DNA from: Eledone cirrhosa
Lineage: Eukaryota
Length of the DNA stretch: 64,000 nt
Direction of reading: 5' to 3'
Assembly: GCA_964016885.1 (NCBI GenBank)
Contig: OZ024757.1
Location: 23,374,001 to 23,438,000, forward strand
Shown here: piece by piece, positions 28,616 through 41,140 of the stretch
Layout of the letters: each line of letters starts with the position of its first letter
How positions within the stretch are numbered: the stretch's first letter is position 1
Program-made: the position numbers and the translations under genes
Notes under the pieces: generated by a model
What the model was told of the DNA's origin: nothing
Database searches by the model: none
Seen by the model: the letters and a program-made list of their open reading frames with translations, nothing else

Positions 28616-29265
28616 TGTAAAACAGAGCCGGGCAATCATAAATTGTCCAGCCAGCCGGCTGGAAGTAATAAAATATAAAACCTGATACCAACGATGGGTG
28701 TTGTGCAGGGTAAATGTCCTTGGTGGGGTACTTTGGTAATGGAACAGAATGAAGGAAATAAAATATAAGTTATATAAACAAAAATAGGGGTAGAACAAAA
28801 TAAGGGATAGATAAGGGGGGGGGAGCTAAACCAATCAATATATTCATCTTCACCTGAATAATTCTAATATTAAGTAAATTTCTACTAAATTGGATTTTTA
28901 TTTCTATTACCTCTGATAATTATTTTTGGTTATTTTATGTATGTGCATGTGTATATATGTGTGGGTGTGTGTGTATAACTGTGTGTGTGTATATATATTA
29001 ATGTGTGTGTGTGTGTGTGTATGTGTGTGTGTATGTGTGCGGGTGTGTGTTTGTATGTGTGAGTGTGTGTGTGTATGTGTGCGGGTGTGTGTTTGTATGT
29101 GTGACGGTGTGTGTATGTATGTGTGAGTGTGTGTGTGTGTACGTGAGTGTTTGTGTGTATGTATGTGTGAGGGTGTGTGTATGTATGTGTATGAGTGCGA
29201 GTGTGTGCGTGCATGCATGCATATATACATATATAATTTCAATCAAAAACCAATATAATGTGAGT

Positions 29266-29298
<33 letters not shown>

Positions 29299-29352
29299 CA
29301 CATACATATATGTATACATATAGATACATACACACATGCATATATACACGTA

Positions 29353-29390
<38 letters not shown>

Positions 29391-29959
29391 AATATATATT
29401 TATATATATATACATAAATATATATTTATTATGTGTGTATAAACTTTGTATATATATATGTATATATATATATATATAGAAACAGTCACACTTATACACA
29501 CTTATTTTCGATTTTTTTTGTTTCCTTTTTAAATTGACATGGAATTTCTGGTGAACCTTCCACAAATCGACTGCTTCATTTAGCTGTATTGGCATATCAA
29601 TGAAGAAATAAGTCATTTTCAGCATTAGGTATTCAACCAGACTTTCCCTTTAACCCCTTGTTCTCTCCTCTACCTCTCTTTCCTCCCTTTACTATCTCTG
29701 CCTCCCTCTTTTCTCCCTTCTGTCTTTCTTGCAGATCTCTCTCTTTCCCTTCCAGTAATTGATTTTAAGGAGGAACTGTCCTGTTTATTTAGAACATCCA
29801 TTAGTCAGCTCTCAATATGGTCCCAGTTTCTTTATTCTGGCTATTAAACTAGAAGGTAATCAATCAATCAATAACTGCTGTTTCATTTTGTTCGGGTTCT
29901 AGGACAGGGGCTGTTACCAATAAGTTTGGGGAGGGGGGAGGGGTCCAGTTAGATTTAAC

Positions 29960-30930
29960 ATTTAACGTCCTGTACCATATGAAACCAAAACAAAATTAGC
30001 AAGATATTCTGGAAAAAGTTCAAACTAGGATTATGACTACATCACATTAAAAACTGAAGTATTTACTCTAATATTGTTAATTTTAAACAACAATCTGTCC
30101 ACTAGTAAAGATACTATAAACATTTGAATTAACAAACCACATGAAACCACATTGACAAGATATTCTTGAAAAGTACAAAACGGCACTACGGCTGCATCAC
30201 ATTGAAAATTAATTTCTTTAATACTGAACATTTTTATGACGAGATATCTATTATCAAAATATAAACATTTTAATTAACAAACTAAATTAAACCATATTAG
30301 TAGATGTTTACTATGAGTTATCTATTATTAAAATATTATAAACTAAATGAAACCACATTAACAAGGCCTTTTTTTTAAAGTATAAAACAGTTTTATAACT
30401 GTATCACATTAAAAATTAGTCTTTACTTTAATACTACAAATTTTAACAACAATCTGTTCACTAGTAAATATACTATAAACATTTGAATTAACTCTTAATG
30501 TCCTATACTACATTGAAAGTATAAAACAGCCCTATGACTAACCCATTAAAAATTAGTCTTTAATACTGGTAATTTTCGCAAAAAATCTTTCCACTAGTAA
30601 AGATACAACCTGAAACCACATCAACAAAACATTATTGAAAAGTACAAAGGGCGGTGGGTTGACAGTATCGGTAGAGGGTCGGACGCCATGCTTTCCAGCA
30701 TAGTTACGTCCCTTTACGATCTGAGTTCAAATCCCGCCGAGGTTGACTTTGCCTTTCATCCTTACGGGAGTCAATAAAATAAAGTACCAGTAATGAACTG
30801 GGTAATTGCTGGCCTTGTGCCTAAAGTAGAAACAATTATTGAAAAGTACAAAAAATGCAAATTCTTAACTAATACTGCAAACTTTTACAACATTGTGTCT
30901 ATCAATAAAGATACAATAAATATTTGAATT
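29960..30930. repeat. Degenerate AT-rich tandem repeat with a SINE-B at 30649-30840
   Basis: Recurring aaaccaca..gaaaagtacaaa..ataaacatttgaatta; attattgaaaagtacaaa duplicated around the SINE. Confidence 0.75.
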
Positions 30931-30947
30931 ATATAAAAGAGGACCTA

Positions 30948-31260
30948 GGGTGCTCTAGCACAGAAAATAACTGCAATTACAGTCAGTTGCTATAAGATAG
31001 TTTATAAAAGTCAGGTAAAGTCCCCTAGAGACGGAAAAATGTTGCTAACGATGTTTGTTTACATTTTCAAAAGCTGTGTGAATCAGTTTCTTAATTTAGA
31101 GGGTAGGATGTTGTCAGAGGTTTCTTAGCTCAATGGATGGGAGCACGCAGGCAGATGAGAGCACTCAGGTAACATCGATTTCTGTCTCTAGGGATCTTTT
31201 TAGAAGTCATTTATAGCAAACTAACTGTTAATTGCAGTTATTTTCTACACTCAAGCACTC
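30948..31260. mobile_element. Old MITE with ~100-bp imperfect terminal inverted repeats
   Basis: agaaaataactgcaatta..gctataa..ccctagagac versus gtctctaggg..ttatagc..taattgcagttattttct. Confidence 0.7.
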
Positions 31261-31339
31261 TACATTCTCTTATAAATTCATCTCCTCAGCACTTCAAAAG
31301 TTCAACATTTGGAGCTTCACACACAATATTTATTTAAAT

Positions 31340-31725
31340 AATAATTGCTTCTACTCTTGGCCCAAGGCCTGTAATTACCCCAGTGTATTACTGGTACTTT
31401 CTTTTATCGACCCCATAAGGATGAAAGGCAAAGTTAACCTCTGCGGGATTTGAACTCAGTCCGTAAAGGGACGTAACTGTGCTGCAAAGAATGACGTCCG
31501 ACCCTCTACCGATACTGCCAATCCACCGCCCCTTATATTTAAATAATAATTGTTTCTACTTTAGGCACAAGGCCAGCACTTACCCAGTACATTACTGGTA
31601 CTTTATTTTATCGACCCCGTAAGGATGAAAGGCAAAGTCAACCTTGGCGGGATTTGAACTCAGATCGTAAAGGGATGTAACTATGCTGGAAAGCATGGCG
31701 TCCGACCCTCTACCGATACTGCCAA
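31340..31725 (-). mobile_element. Two tandem SINE-B copies
   Basis: Core and tail motifs as in the cluster at 1983. Confidence 0.9.
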
Positions 31726-31735
31726 ACACAGACAG

Positions 31736-31772
<37 letters not shown>

Positions 31773-32158
31773 GGTGATAGGAAGGTATCCAGCTACAGAA
31801 AGCTTGTCAAAAAAAGGGTTGCGAGGACCCTTCAATTGTGTCAAAGACATGACAACCTCTTCTGTGCACTCAATAGAATGTGAGACACCTTGGCCTGTCT
31901 GAGAGATCAGTAGCCCCACTTCCTTACTCATTGGGTGTATGTAAACCCATCAAACCCTTGCTAGCAAGGAAAATGGACATTAAAACAATGATGATGATAT
32001 ATATATATCATCACACACACATATATATATACGCACACACACACACACACACACACTTATATATATATATATACTCACACACACACACACGCACACACAC
32101 ACATATATATATATATAGATATAAGCACACACACATATATATATAAACACACATAAAT

Positions 32159-32189
<31 letters not shown>

Positions 32190-32266
32190 AACATATAAAT
32201 AGACATACACACATATATATATATAAAAACACACAAATACACACACACACATATATATATATATAA

Positions 32267-32306
<40 letters not shown>

Positions 32307-32349
32307 ATAATAATAAATTTGAAGACTAAAATATATATATATATATATA

Positions 32350-32672
32350 CAAGTTGGTATCAAAAAGTTTCTAGACTAGTTCTGTAGCACACCAACAGAT
32401 GGCAACACACGGTTGCACCAGCAGTGAGAACTAGCAGTGAGCTTCATGCAGCAGTATGCCAAGTGACATTACTGTGTTCACTTCACAAGTTGTGAAATTT
32501 ATGTTTTTGTGATCATGTGTATGCTGTAGCCTGTGATTGTGTCATGAACAGGAAGTTGGAACGAAGAGCCAACGTGAAATTTTGTGTTCAACTTAGGAAG
32601 TCTGCTACAGAGACATTGAGCATGCTTTGGTAAGTTTACGGCGATGGGGCAATGGGCTGTATGCAATGTGTC
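32350..32672 (+). pseudogene. Mariner 5' end with transposase N-terminal HTH remnant
   Basis: TA|..ggtatcaaaaagtttctagact terminal repeat; translation LERRANVKFCVQLRKSATETLSMLW*VYGDGAM. Confidence 0.85.
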
Positions 32673-32702
32673 TAAATCAGAACCCATTATTTTTAACATT
32701 TA

Positions 32703-33030
32703 AGGGTGGTGGATTGGCAGTATCGGTAGAGAGTTGGACACCATGCTTTGCAGCATAGAGTAACAGTCCTTTATCGTCTGAGTTCAAATCCCACTGAGGT
32801 AAACTTTGCCTTTCATCCTTACGGGGTCGATAAAATAAAGTACCAGTAATGCACTGGGTAATTACTGGCCTTGTGCCAAAAGTAGAAACAATTATTTTTA
32901 ACATTTAATCTTTTGCCTTTCATCTTTACAGGGTCAATGAAATAAAGTACCAGTAACACACTATAGTGGATTTAATCGACTTTCCCTTCCCTCCAAATTA
33001 CTAGCCTTGTGCTTAAATGTTGAAACAAAT
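32703..33030 (+). mobile_element. SINE-B, one full and one partial copy
   Basis: Core and tail motifs. Confidence 0.88.
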
Positions 33031-33072
33031 TATTTTATTTTAGAAATTTCTGTTAAGTAATTATGTCATAAT

Positions 33073-33748
33073 GAAGGCACATGGCCTAATAGTTAAGATG
33101 GTTGACGTAGGATCATAATGTCACTGGTTCAATTCCTGGACAGGCTGCTGCATTGTCTTCTTGAGCAAAACACTTTATTTCCCATTAAAACCTACTACAG
33201 TCAGTAGGCATCTCTAACAAAATACACCCCCGTCCCACCACCCCCACCCCATCCACACCGCCCCCTTCTATGTAAAGTTATGTTGGTGCCACACCATCCA
33301 GGCCGAAACAAATGAGATTGTGTAGGTGTCACGACAAAAAAACACACAGTCCACGCTGTAATGTGGCCGTGTAGGCAACACGGTAAAAACCTCCCAGACC
33401 CACACTGTAAATGTGGTTGGTGTTAGGAAGGGCATCCAACTGTAGAAAACCTGCCAGACAGTCCTATGCGAGCAAGACAATCACTCTTGCCTCAAGTGGG
33501 AAAACCCCCGTCCAAACCCATGTAAGCGTGGAACACGGACGTTAAACGTTGATGATGATGATGATGATGTTCCATTACACTCAGCTGAGATAAGTCAGCA
33601 CCAGCAGGAGTTGGGGAGTTAAACTTGTTATAGACTGGCATCCTATCTAGGAAGAGAGAGTCTTGTACCCTCTGTTGTATAGCTCCAAGGAAACCAGGGA
33701 TAATAACCGGCTAGATGAACTTTCGGCTTAAAACAGACTTTTACTTAA
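33073..33748 (+). mobile_element. SINE-D with a nested RTE-tail variant (33290-33570)
   Basis: tRNA head and core; tail tagactggcatcc..gaaaccagggata..cagactttt as at 61663 and 57150. Confidence 0.65.
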
Positions 33749-33766
33749 ACCATGATCTAATATCAG

Positions 33767-34433
33767 TTAACCCTTTAGCATTCACATTACTCTATTTAGA
33801 CTATTATATTTTCATGGTAAAGGCTTTACCTCACATAATTATCTCACATAATATCGAATCTATGAGATTTTGTTATTATTTATTTTGAGGACAATACCTT
33901 AACATCAGTATGAGTGGCCAATTACAGCCAGTTTCAACAGGAAAAGGTAGAGAATTCTGGCCGGTTTTGGCCGGTTTGAACATTAATGGAAATCTTAGTC
34001 ATCTTAAACTCTTCAGCATTTACATTATTCTATACATACTATTGTATTTTGTGGTAATTATCTCATATAATATTGAATCTATTAGATTTTGTTATTATTT
34101 ATTTTGAGGACAATACCTTAACATCAGTTTGAGCGACCAGTTACAGCCAGTTTCAACAGAAAAAGGTAGAGAATTCTGGCCGGTTTGGGCCGGTTTGAAC
34201 ATTAATGGAAATCTTAGTCATCTTAAACTCTTTAGCATTTACATTATTCTATACATACTATTGTATTTTGTGGTAATTATCTCACATAATATTGAATCTA
34301 TGAGATTTTGTTGTTATTTATTTTGAGGACAATACCTTAACATCAGTATGAGTGGCCAATTACAGCTGGTTTCAACAGAAAGAGGTGAGAGAATTCTGGA
34401 TTGATACGGCCGGTTTAAATGCTAAGGGGTTAA
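33767..34433 (-). mobile_element. piggyBac-like MITE with a 219-bp internal tandem duplication
   Basis: TTAAccctttagcatt ... aatgctaaggggTTAA; ORFs at 33910 and 34129 are near-identical. Confidence 0.85.
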
Positions 34434-34780
34434 TGAATTCTTCCAGGTTTTGGAATATCTTCAAAATGATTTAAAACACATCAGTGTATTTCATTAGAAA
34501 TATGGTAATGAACGAGTTAAACAGAGCGAGAGAGCGAGAGTAATTGATGGCAATGGGCTTTTGTAGAGTTGATAATTTCAATATGAATACTCTCATGCTG
34601 ACATCTTTAAAAGCAGTTCTTCTTTGAGAATATAGGCTTTTAATGATTGTCACATGTTTTATTTGTTCTTAACAACAACAATGATGGTAGAAGCAGAGGT
34701 AGCAACACATGTCTATATGTAAATGTGTAGGTAAATTAACATGTAGATACATAACATGTATGTATATATATGTGTGTATA

Positions 34781-34828
<48 letters not shown>

Positions 34829-35082
34829 TATACATACATGTTATCTATCTACATGTTAATTTACATACACATTTACATATAGACATACATATATACATGT
34901 ACGTATATATACATATGTACATATATATATATACATATGTATACATATGTACATATATATATATATATATACATATATATACATATGTACATATATATAT
35001 ATACACATATATATACATATGTACATATATATATATACACATATATATACATATGTACATATATATATATACATATATACAT

Positions 35083-35115
<33 letters not shown>

Positions 35116-35223
35116 TATATACATATATACATATATATATATATACATATATACATATATATACATACATATATACATATATATATATACATATATACAT
35201 ACATATATACATACATACATATA

Positions 35224-35630
35224 TGGTGGCTGCCAACTCGTTTTCGAGTACGGCCACTACTTTATATCCATGTAGGAGAACCCCTACTGATGCGCTGAAC
35301 GAGTGTGACTTTTTAGTCCAGCCAGCGACTTGAAAACTCTGGTACAAACACTACACTTGTGACAATTATTGACACATAGTGCTGGGCCCATGGTACCATG
35401 TGACAACAAGTGCAGAGAGATCTCCAGATATAAAGCAATGCCTGTGCCGTGAAGCTTTTATAGTGAGCAAAGGCACTGCACAAAGCCAGTCCCACTCTCT
35501 TAACCAAGATGATATTTACCAAAAAGAAGAACAAGTCAACATCATTGGATACCATCAGAGTTGCAGGTGTTATATCAGAGTTTTCCTTCTCCTAGAATTC
35601 TGCCTTGACAAAGGCTAATGGGTGATCTCT
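35224..35630 (-). mobile_element. RTE/BovB-like 3' end with a terminal C2H2 finger
   Basis: Reverse translation [23 protein letters not shown]; terminal stem-loop actcgaaaacgagt then ggcagccacca. Confidence 0.7.
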
Positions 35631-35635
35631 CATAC

Positions 35636-35668
<33 letters not shown>

Positions 35669-35798
35669 CATATACATACATACATATATACATACATATA
35701 TACATATATATATATACATATATACATACATATATACATACATATACATATATACATACATATACATATATACATACATATAATATATATTATATATA

Positions 35799-35877
35799 CG
35801 GGACGTCCCCCAAAAATGTATACACACTTCAACAGCATTCTAATCAAAGTATGTATATATTTGTGGGGGACACCCTG
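35799..35877. mobile_element. 79-bp Tc1/mariner MITE
   Basis: TA|cgggacgtccccc..tacacactt / aagtatgta..gggggacaccctg|TA. Confidence 0.75.
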
Positions 35878-35921
35878 TATATATATATATGGATTTTAGT
35901 CTTCAAATTTATTATTATTAC

Positions 35922-35955
<34 letters not shown>

Positions 35956-35979
35956 TAAAATAGATGTTCTTTTGATCAA

Positions 35980-36040
35980 TTACATTTTATTATACATATT
36001 TCGGATGTACAACTGTACGTCCTCATCAGACAAAATATAA
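35980..36040 (-). ncRNA. Type I hammerhead ribozyme (mirror copy)
   Basis: Reverse complement of 36135-36195. Confidence 0.8.
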
Positions 36041-36134
36041 TGATACATGACATACCCTGACATGTTAAATGGTTAAGATTTACTACCTTGATTAAATCTT
36101 AACCATTTAACATCTCAGGGTATGTCATATATCA

Positions 36135-36195
36135 TTATATTTTGTCTGATGAGGACGTACAGTTGTACATCCGAAATATGTATAATAAAATGTAA
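36135..36195 (+). ncRNA. Type I hammerhead ribozyme
   Basis: ttatattttgt-CTGATGA-ggacgtaca gt tgtacatcc-GAAA-t atgt a-TA|ataaaatgtaa; 11-bp helix I. Confidence 0.8.
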
Positions 36196-36333
36196 TTGAT
36201 CAAAAGAACATCTATTTTATTAATATTTATATTTTAATATTAATAATTCCAGAAAATAATTTTTCACTGTTGAGTGCTTCCAATCTACTGTAAAACTTAT
36301 TCTTTGACATACTCATTGAATATTGTTTAACAC

Positions 36334-36382
<49 letters not shown>

Positions 36383-36779
36383 TACATATATTTATATACA
36401 TATTCACAGACACATATATATATATATATACATACAACTAAATTCATTTAATCATTTCATTACAGAAAGGTATCTATGTATGTGTGAAGTATATGTGTGC
36501 ATGTGTATGTGTGAGGTATATGTGTCCATGTGTATGTGTGAGGTATATGTGTCCATGTGTATGTGTGAGGTATATGTGTGCATGTGTATGTATAGTTTTG
36601 ATACTTATTCAGTACGACTGAGATACTTAGCTAGCTGAATGCATGCAGCATTTACTGCACCTGGCTTTTATGCAACCCCCTCTAGTGTTATACATTCAAG
36701 TATTTATTAACAAGTACCATTAATATAATACAGAATTTAGCAATGGAATCTACATGTCTTTCAATTCACTAGAATATGC

Positions 36780-37175
36780 ATCATCATCATCATCATCATC
36801 GTTTAACGTCTATCTTCCACGCTAGCATGGGTTTAGACAGGAATTGTCCCACGTGAGGCAAGATTTGGTTGTCTCGCTCGTATATAGGACTGTCTGGCAG
36901 GTTTTCTACGGCTGGATGTCCTTCCTAGCACCAACCACATTTACAGCGTGGAACTGGGAGGTTTTTAGCGTGTTACCTACACGGCCACATTACAGCATGG
37001 ACTGTGTTCAACATCATCATCATCATCATCGTTTAACGACCATCTTCCACGCTAGCATGGGTTTAGACGGGAATTGTCCCACGTGAGGCAAGATTTGGTT
37101 GTCTCGCTCGTATATAGGACTGTCTGGCAGGTTTTCTACAGCTAGATGCCCTTCCTAACACCAACCAAGTTTACA
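36780..37175 (-). mobile_element. Tandemly duplicated RTE-tail variant
   Basis: catcatcgtttaacg..ccacgctagcatgggtttagac at ~36795 and ~37025. Confidence 0.85.
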
Positions 37176-37308
37176 TGCTCTTCATAATACCATGCGGTAT
37201 ATACAGGCAGTCCAGCATTTTGTGCAGTTCTGCATTCTATCTGACATACTAATCCACAAATTTGTGGATCTTTTCTGTTTTTTCATAAGTGTATATATAT
37301 ATATATAT

Positions 37309-37427
37309 AACAAAGGAATTGTGGTAAGGAACCAGATAGGCCATAACGCACCAAAGTACTCAATACGGCTATTTCTGGAAATAGCCGTCGAAACGGCTTG
37401 AGCTCTGCTGTCGGGGTCATACTTTTT

Positions 37428-37432
<5 letters not shown>
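37309..37432. mobile_element. Rearranged copy of the 8901 family
   Basis: Inverted 9040-9095 segment joined to acggctatttc-tg-gaaatagccgtc-GAAACggcttgagctc. Confidence 0.8.
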
Positions 37433-37488
<56 letters not shown>

Positions 37489-37491
<3 letters not shown>

Positions 37492-37858
37492 GAAGTTATA
37501 TTTAATTTGTTGGGATTCCAACAAACTTAAAAGTTTATAACTGATATAGAGCACTCAACAAATTACTGGAGTAAATATTCAATATATTAATAAATCGAAA
37601 CTATATTTATAAAACCATAATTATTTTATTATATATATTTCAAATAGTGACATAACCGTGGAAAATAACCTTGACGAAAACAACCAGCAAATTTTCAACC
37701 GTCAAGGTTGTTTTCCACGGTTATGTCACTATTTATAAAACAAATTTTGTATTTTATCTGATGAAAGCGCACCAAGATTGCCTTGGTTGCCCTTGAAATA
37801 TATATAATAAAATAATTATGGTTTTATAAATATAGTTTCCATTTATTAATATATTGTA
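37489..37858. mobile_element. PLE-like element with nested inverted repeats, in (TA)n
   Basis: 37580-37643 / 37793-37856 and 37642-37676 / 37700-37734 are inverted pairs. Confidence 0.75.
37750..37814 (+). ncRNA. Type I hammerhead ribozyme
   Basis: tattttat-CTGATGA-aagcgcaccaag attgc cttggttgccctt-GAAA-t atat a-TA|ataaaata. Confidence 0.8.
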
Positions 37859-38309
37859 TATATATATATTACGGGTGCCTATAAGGTTCCCGGACTCGAG
37901 TTTCTGCCGCACTAATGCAGCAGTAAGGTGGCAGTACATTCAGCATCTTGCGACCGTCGAATAGCAGATTCGACTGATGATTCGTTGGCCCGCTTTGTTC
38001 TTTTTCTTGCCACTTTCGCAGTATTTCAGCCAATGGAGTATCTCTTCCTTCGAGGCATGACCTAAAAGCAGGACGAAGTACACTAAGACTAACTGGTAGA
38101 GTAAGGAGTAAACTCGTCAGTGATGCATGTGATTTCCGAACCGTTGACTATGTAATTGCTGGCCTTGTGCCAAAAGTAGTGGGACTTTTTGGGTGGCATA
38201 TCGGCAGTAACAATAACGATAAGCCGTCTTTGCTTTCGTGAAATAAATACGTTTGTTTATAGTTTGTTTTTGTGTATTCAAAAATATCTGTACACGAATA
38301 TATAATTAT

Positions 38310-38460
38310 ATATATATATTAAAATAACAGATTAAAGTTTAAGCAAAGAATCGCTGCTTTCACCCTTAACGGGATCTTCTGAAACTATAAAAATCAATCT
38401 GTGAACGCAGAAGTAAATATTTCGAAAAATGTTGCAGCCAAAGGAAAACAGGAAGACGAT
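38310..38460. repeat. Dispersed repeat of unknown class, also at 63883-64000
   Basis: attaaaataacagattaaa.tttaagcaaagaatcgc.gctttcac..gatcttctgaaacta follows (TA)n in both copies. Confidence 0.85.
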
Positions 38461-38679
38461 TCTTTGGTTCGTGAAGACGTTCCCTGGCAATGAACGGAAA
38501 ATAGCGAAGATACGTCAGCAATGAGAACAATGTTTTCATAATGTCATAATGCAGACAGCCAGACATACAGACAGATATTATAAGGGCGCGACGCTATAGC
38601 TATGTATCTATCTAAAAAGACAGACTAAGAAAGAGAGAGAGAGATCGCTAACCGGCGCCTAACACCCCTTTAACAACAG

Positions 38680-38838
38680 AAAATAAAAAAAATATAAGCT
38701 GCAGTTAATATCTTCAGACCACAAGGAATATATAAATGCAAGTTTGAAGTCAATCGGAATAGAAATGTGGATTTGTATAGACTTTGCAAAAATTAGGGGA
38801 CACACACAGACAATTTCAGTTTTATATATATGTATAGA
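38680..38838 (-). mobile_element. Helitron-like 5' end
   Basis: Reverse strand reads a|TCtatacatatatataaaactgaaattgtctgtgtgtgt. Confidence 0.45.
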
Positions 38839-38869
38839 TAAAATAGCTGACTGAATATACATGTTTTGT

Positions 38870-39052
38870 TTTTTGTCCTTCCTCTTCTCACACACTATCT
38901 TTATATTCCATCTTATATTTCATTCTATCTTCTGATGAACACCAGTGTCCAAAACGTTAAGACACTTTTCCTACTATAGCAAGCATTACACTAATATATT
39001 TTTTCTTTGTAATATGTTGTTTGCTTTATTGTTTTCGTTTAATTTTTGCATA
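38870..39052 (+). mobile_element. PLE-like end with a degenerate hammerhead (38928-38962)
   Basis: tctt-CTGATGA-acaccagtgtcc-AAAAC-gtt-aaga (GAAA mutated); ends at (TA)n. Confidence 0.5.
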
Positions 39053-39189
39053 TATATATATATATATATGTATGTAAATATGAATTTAAAAATTTAAAAA
39101 TGTGTGCATCCCAACACAATTGTCCATAATAGTAGATCATCACACATAATAGCTGAGAGAATTGTATAAGATATCCTTGGATATATCTA

Positions 39190-39530
39190 TGGAGGCACAT
39201 GGCTTAGTGGTTAGAGCATTGGCCTTGCAATCGAAAGGTTGTGAGTTCAATTCTCAGACCGGGTGATGTGTCGTTTCCTTGAGCAAGACACTTTATTTCA
39301 CATTGCTCCAGTTTACTCAGCTGTAGAAATGAGATAATAGGGACTGAGGTCCCTATCTTTCCACTGCAAAGTGGTCGTGGAGGTGCCATGGCAAAAAAGC
39401 ACCCAGCACTCACTGTAAATGAGGTTGGTGTTAGGAAGGGCATCCAGCTGTAGAAATCAAGCCAAAATCAGTTCCCGTCCCACCCTTGCAAGCAGGGAAA
39501 AAGCGGACGTAAAATGAAATGATGATGATG
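39190..39530 (+). mobile_element. SINE-A
   Basis: Full length; atccttggata repeated on both sides. Confidence 0.92.
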
Positions 39531-39899
39531 AATGATCCTTGGATACAGAAAAATCTTACTGTCTGTCTCCAGATGTACATTACCAATACTAAGGAGGATG
39601 AAGAGGAGGGTAGTAATGCTTAATGTTCAATAATATGTTTGTTTCTCAGTACAAATAGCTTTTATTGGTTCAGCAGCAACTGACACAATACAATAATAGC
39701 TATGTTTTACAACATCAATACTCTGTTCTAATGGATAATGGTAATAGAAATTTGTTAGTAATTGTTTGAAAATGCCTTTTTATAAAATCAGAGAACAAAT
39801 ACTTAATAAGAAAATAAAATTTGTAATATATATATATATATATATCATCATCATCATCGTTTAATGTCCATCTTCCACGCTAGCATGGGTAGATGTACA

Positions 39900-40620
39900 C
39901 GATATTAGAATGTACACAATGCAGATCTTGGGTACACAAGTAGTGTAGTGGAGTAGCAGGCAAATTAACTTCATATGTAGTAGCTGTTCAGGGAAACTTG
40001 ACAGTAGAAGTGTCAGTGATAGGCATATTTTTCAAATGCACATAGGATCTATAGAGGTGGTTGATAGCTTCTGATACCTAGGTGATCAGATTAGCAAGGG
40101 AGGAGTATGCTCCGAGGCCATAGTATCTAGAATAAAGACAGGATAGAAGTTTAGGGAGCTGCTTCCTCTGTTGACAACAAAGTGTTTTTCCTTGCAAGCG
40201 AAAGATCGGTTATATGATGCCTGTGCAAGATGTGCGATATTGCATGGTAGTGAGACATGGGCAGCAACTGCGGAGGATATGTGACAGCTGAACAGAAATG
40301 AAGCAAGCATGCTCCGATGGATGTGCAATGTCAATGTGCGTGAACGACCAAACATGGACGAGTTGAGAGTGAAACTGTGCATAAGAGGGATAAACTGTAG
40401 TGTGCGGGAGAGAAGACTGCATTGTTATGGCCATATGATGCACATGGAAGATGACCACTGGGTGAAGAAGTGCCAAGAAATCCTGGTGGAAGGAAGACAC
40501 AGTAAAGGAAGACCATGAAAAACATGGGCGGAGGTGACAAGTGGAGAGATGCTGTGCTGAATAGGACCCGTCCCACCCTCGCAAGCAGGGAAAAGCGGAC
40601 GTAAAATGATGATGATGATA
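39900..40620 (+). mobile_element. RTE LINE family 2, decayed 3' part
   Basis: VVDSF*YLGD..LHGSETWA..MLRWMCNV..RERRLHCYGHMM..GRP; tail cccaccctcgcaagcagggaaaagcggacgtaaaatgat. Confidence 0.9.
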
Positions 40621-40700
40621 TATATATATATATACTTACATTATATACATATAATATATATATATATATATATTATATGTATATATGTATATAATGTAAG

Positions 40701-40731
<31 letters not shown>

Positions 40732-40758
40732 TCATCATCATTTTACGTCCGCTTTGTA

Positions 40759-41140
40759 TGGGGGCACATGGCTTAGTGGTTAGAGCCTTAGCCTTGCAAT
40801 CAAAAGGTTGTGAGTTCAATTCTCAGACCGGGTGATGTGTTGTTTCCTTGAGCAAGACACTTTATTTCACATTGCTCCAGTTTACTCAGCTGTAGAAATG
40901 AGATGATAGGACTGGGGTCCCTATCATTCCACTGCAAAGTGGTCGTGGAGGTGCCACGGCAAACAAGCACCCAGCCCACATTGTAAAGTGGACGTGTAGG
41001 CGCCACGGCAAAAAAGCCCCCAGCACTCACTGTAAATGAGGTTGGTGTTAGGAAGGGCATCCAGCTGTAGAAATCAAGCCAGAATCAGTTCCCGTCCCAC
41101 CCTTGCAAGCAGGGAAAAGCAGACGTAAAATGATGATGAT
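40759..41140 (+). mobile_element. SINE-A
   Basis: Full length. Confidence 0.92.

Larger units (their letters stand above)
35949..36338 (+). mobile_element. PLE-like element with a 134-bp-arm palindrome, in (TA)n
   Basis: 35949-36082 / 36093-36226 inverted with 2 visible mismatches; related copy at 43300-43536. Confidence 0.8.

Noticed and set aside
37870-38200. Mariner-like left end and an internal ctgatga
   Set aside because: The right end is not convincing, no transposase is visible and there is no matching GAAA half
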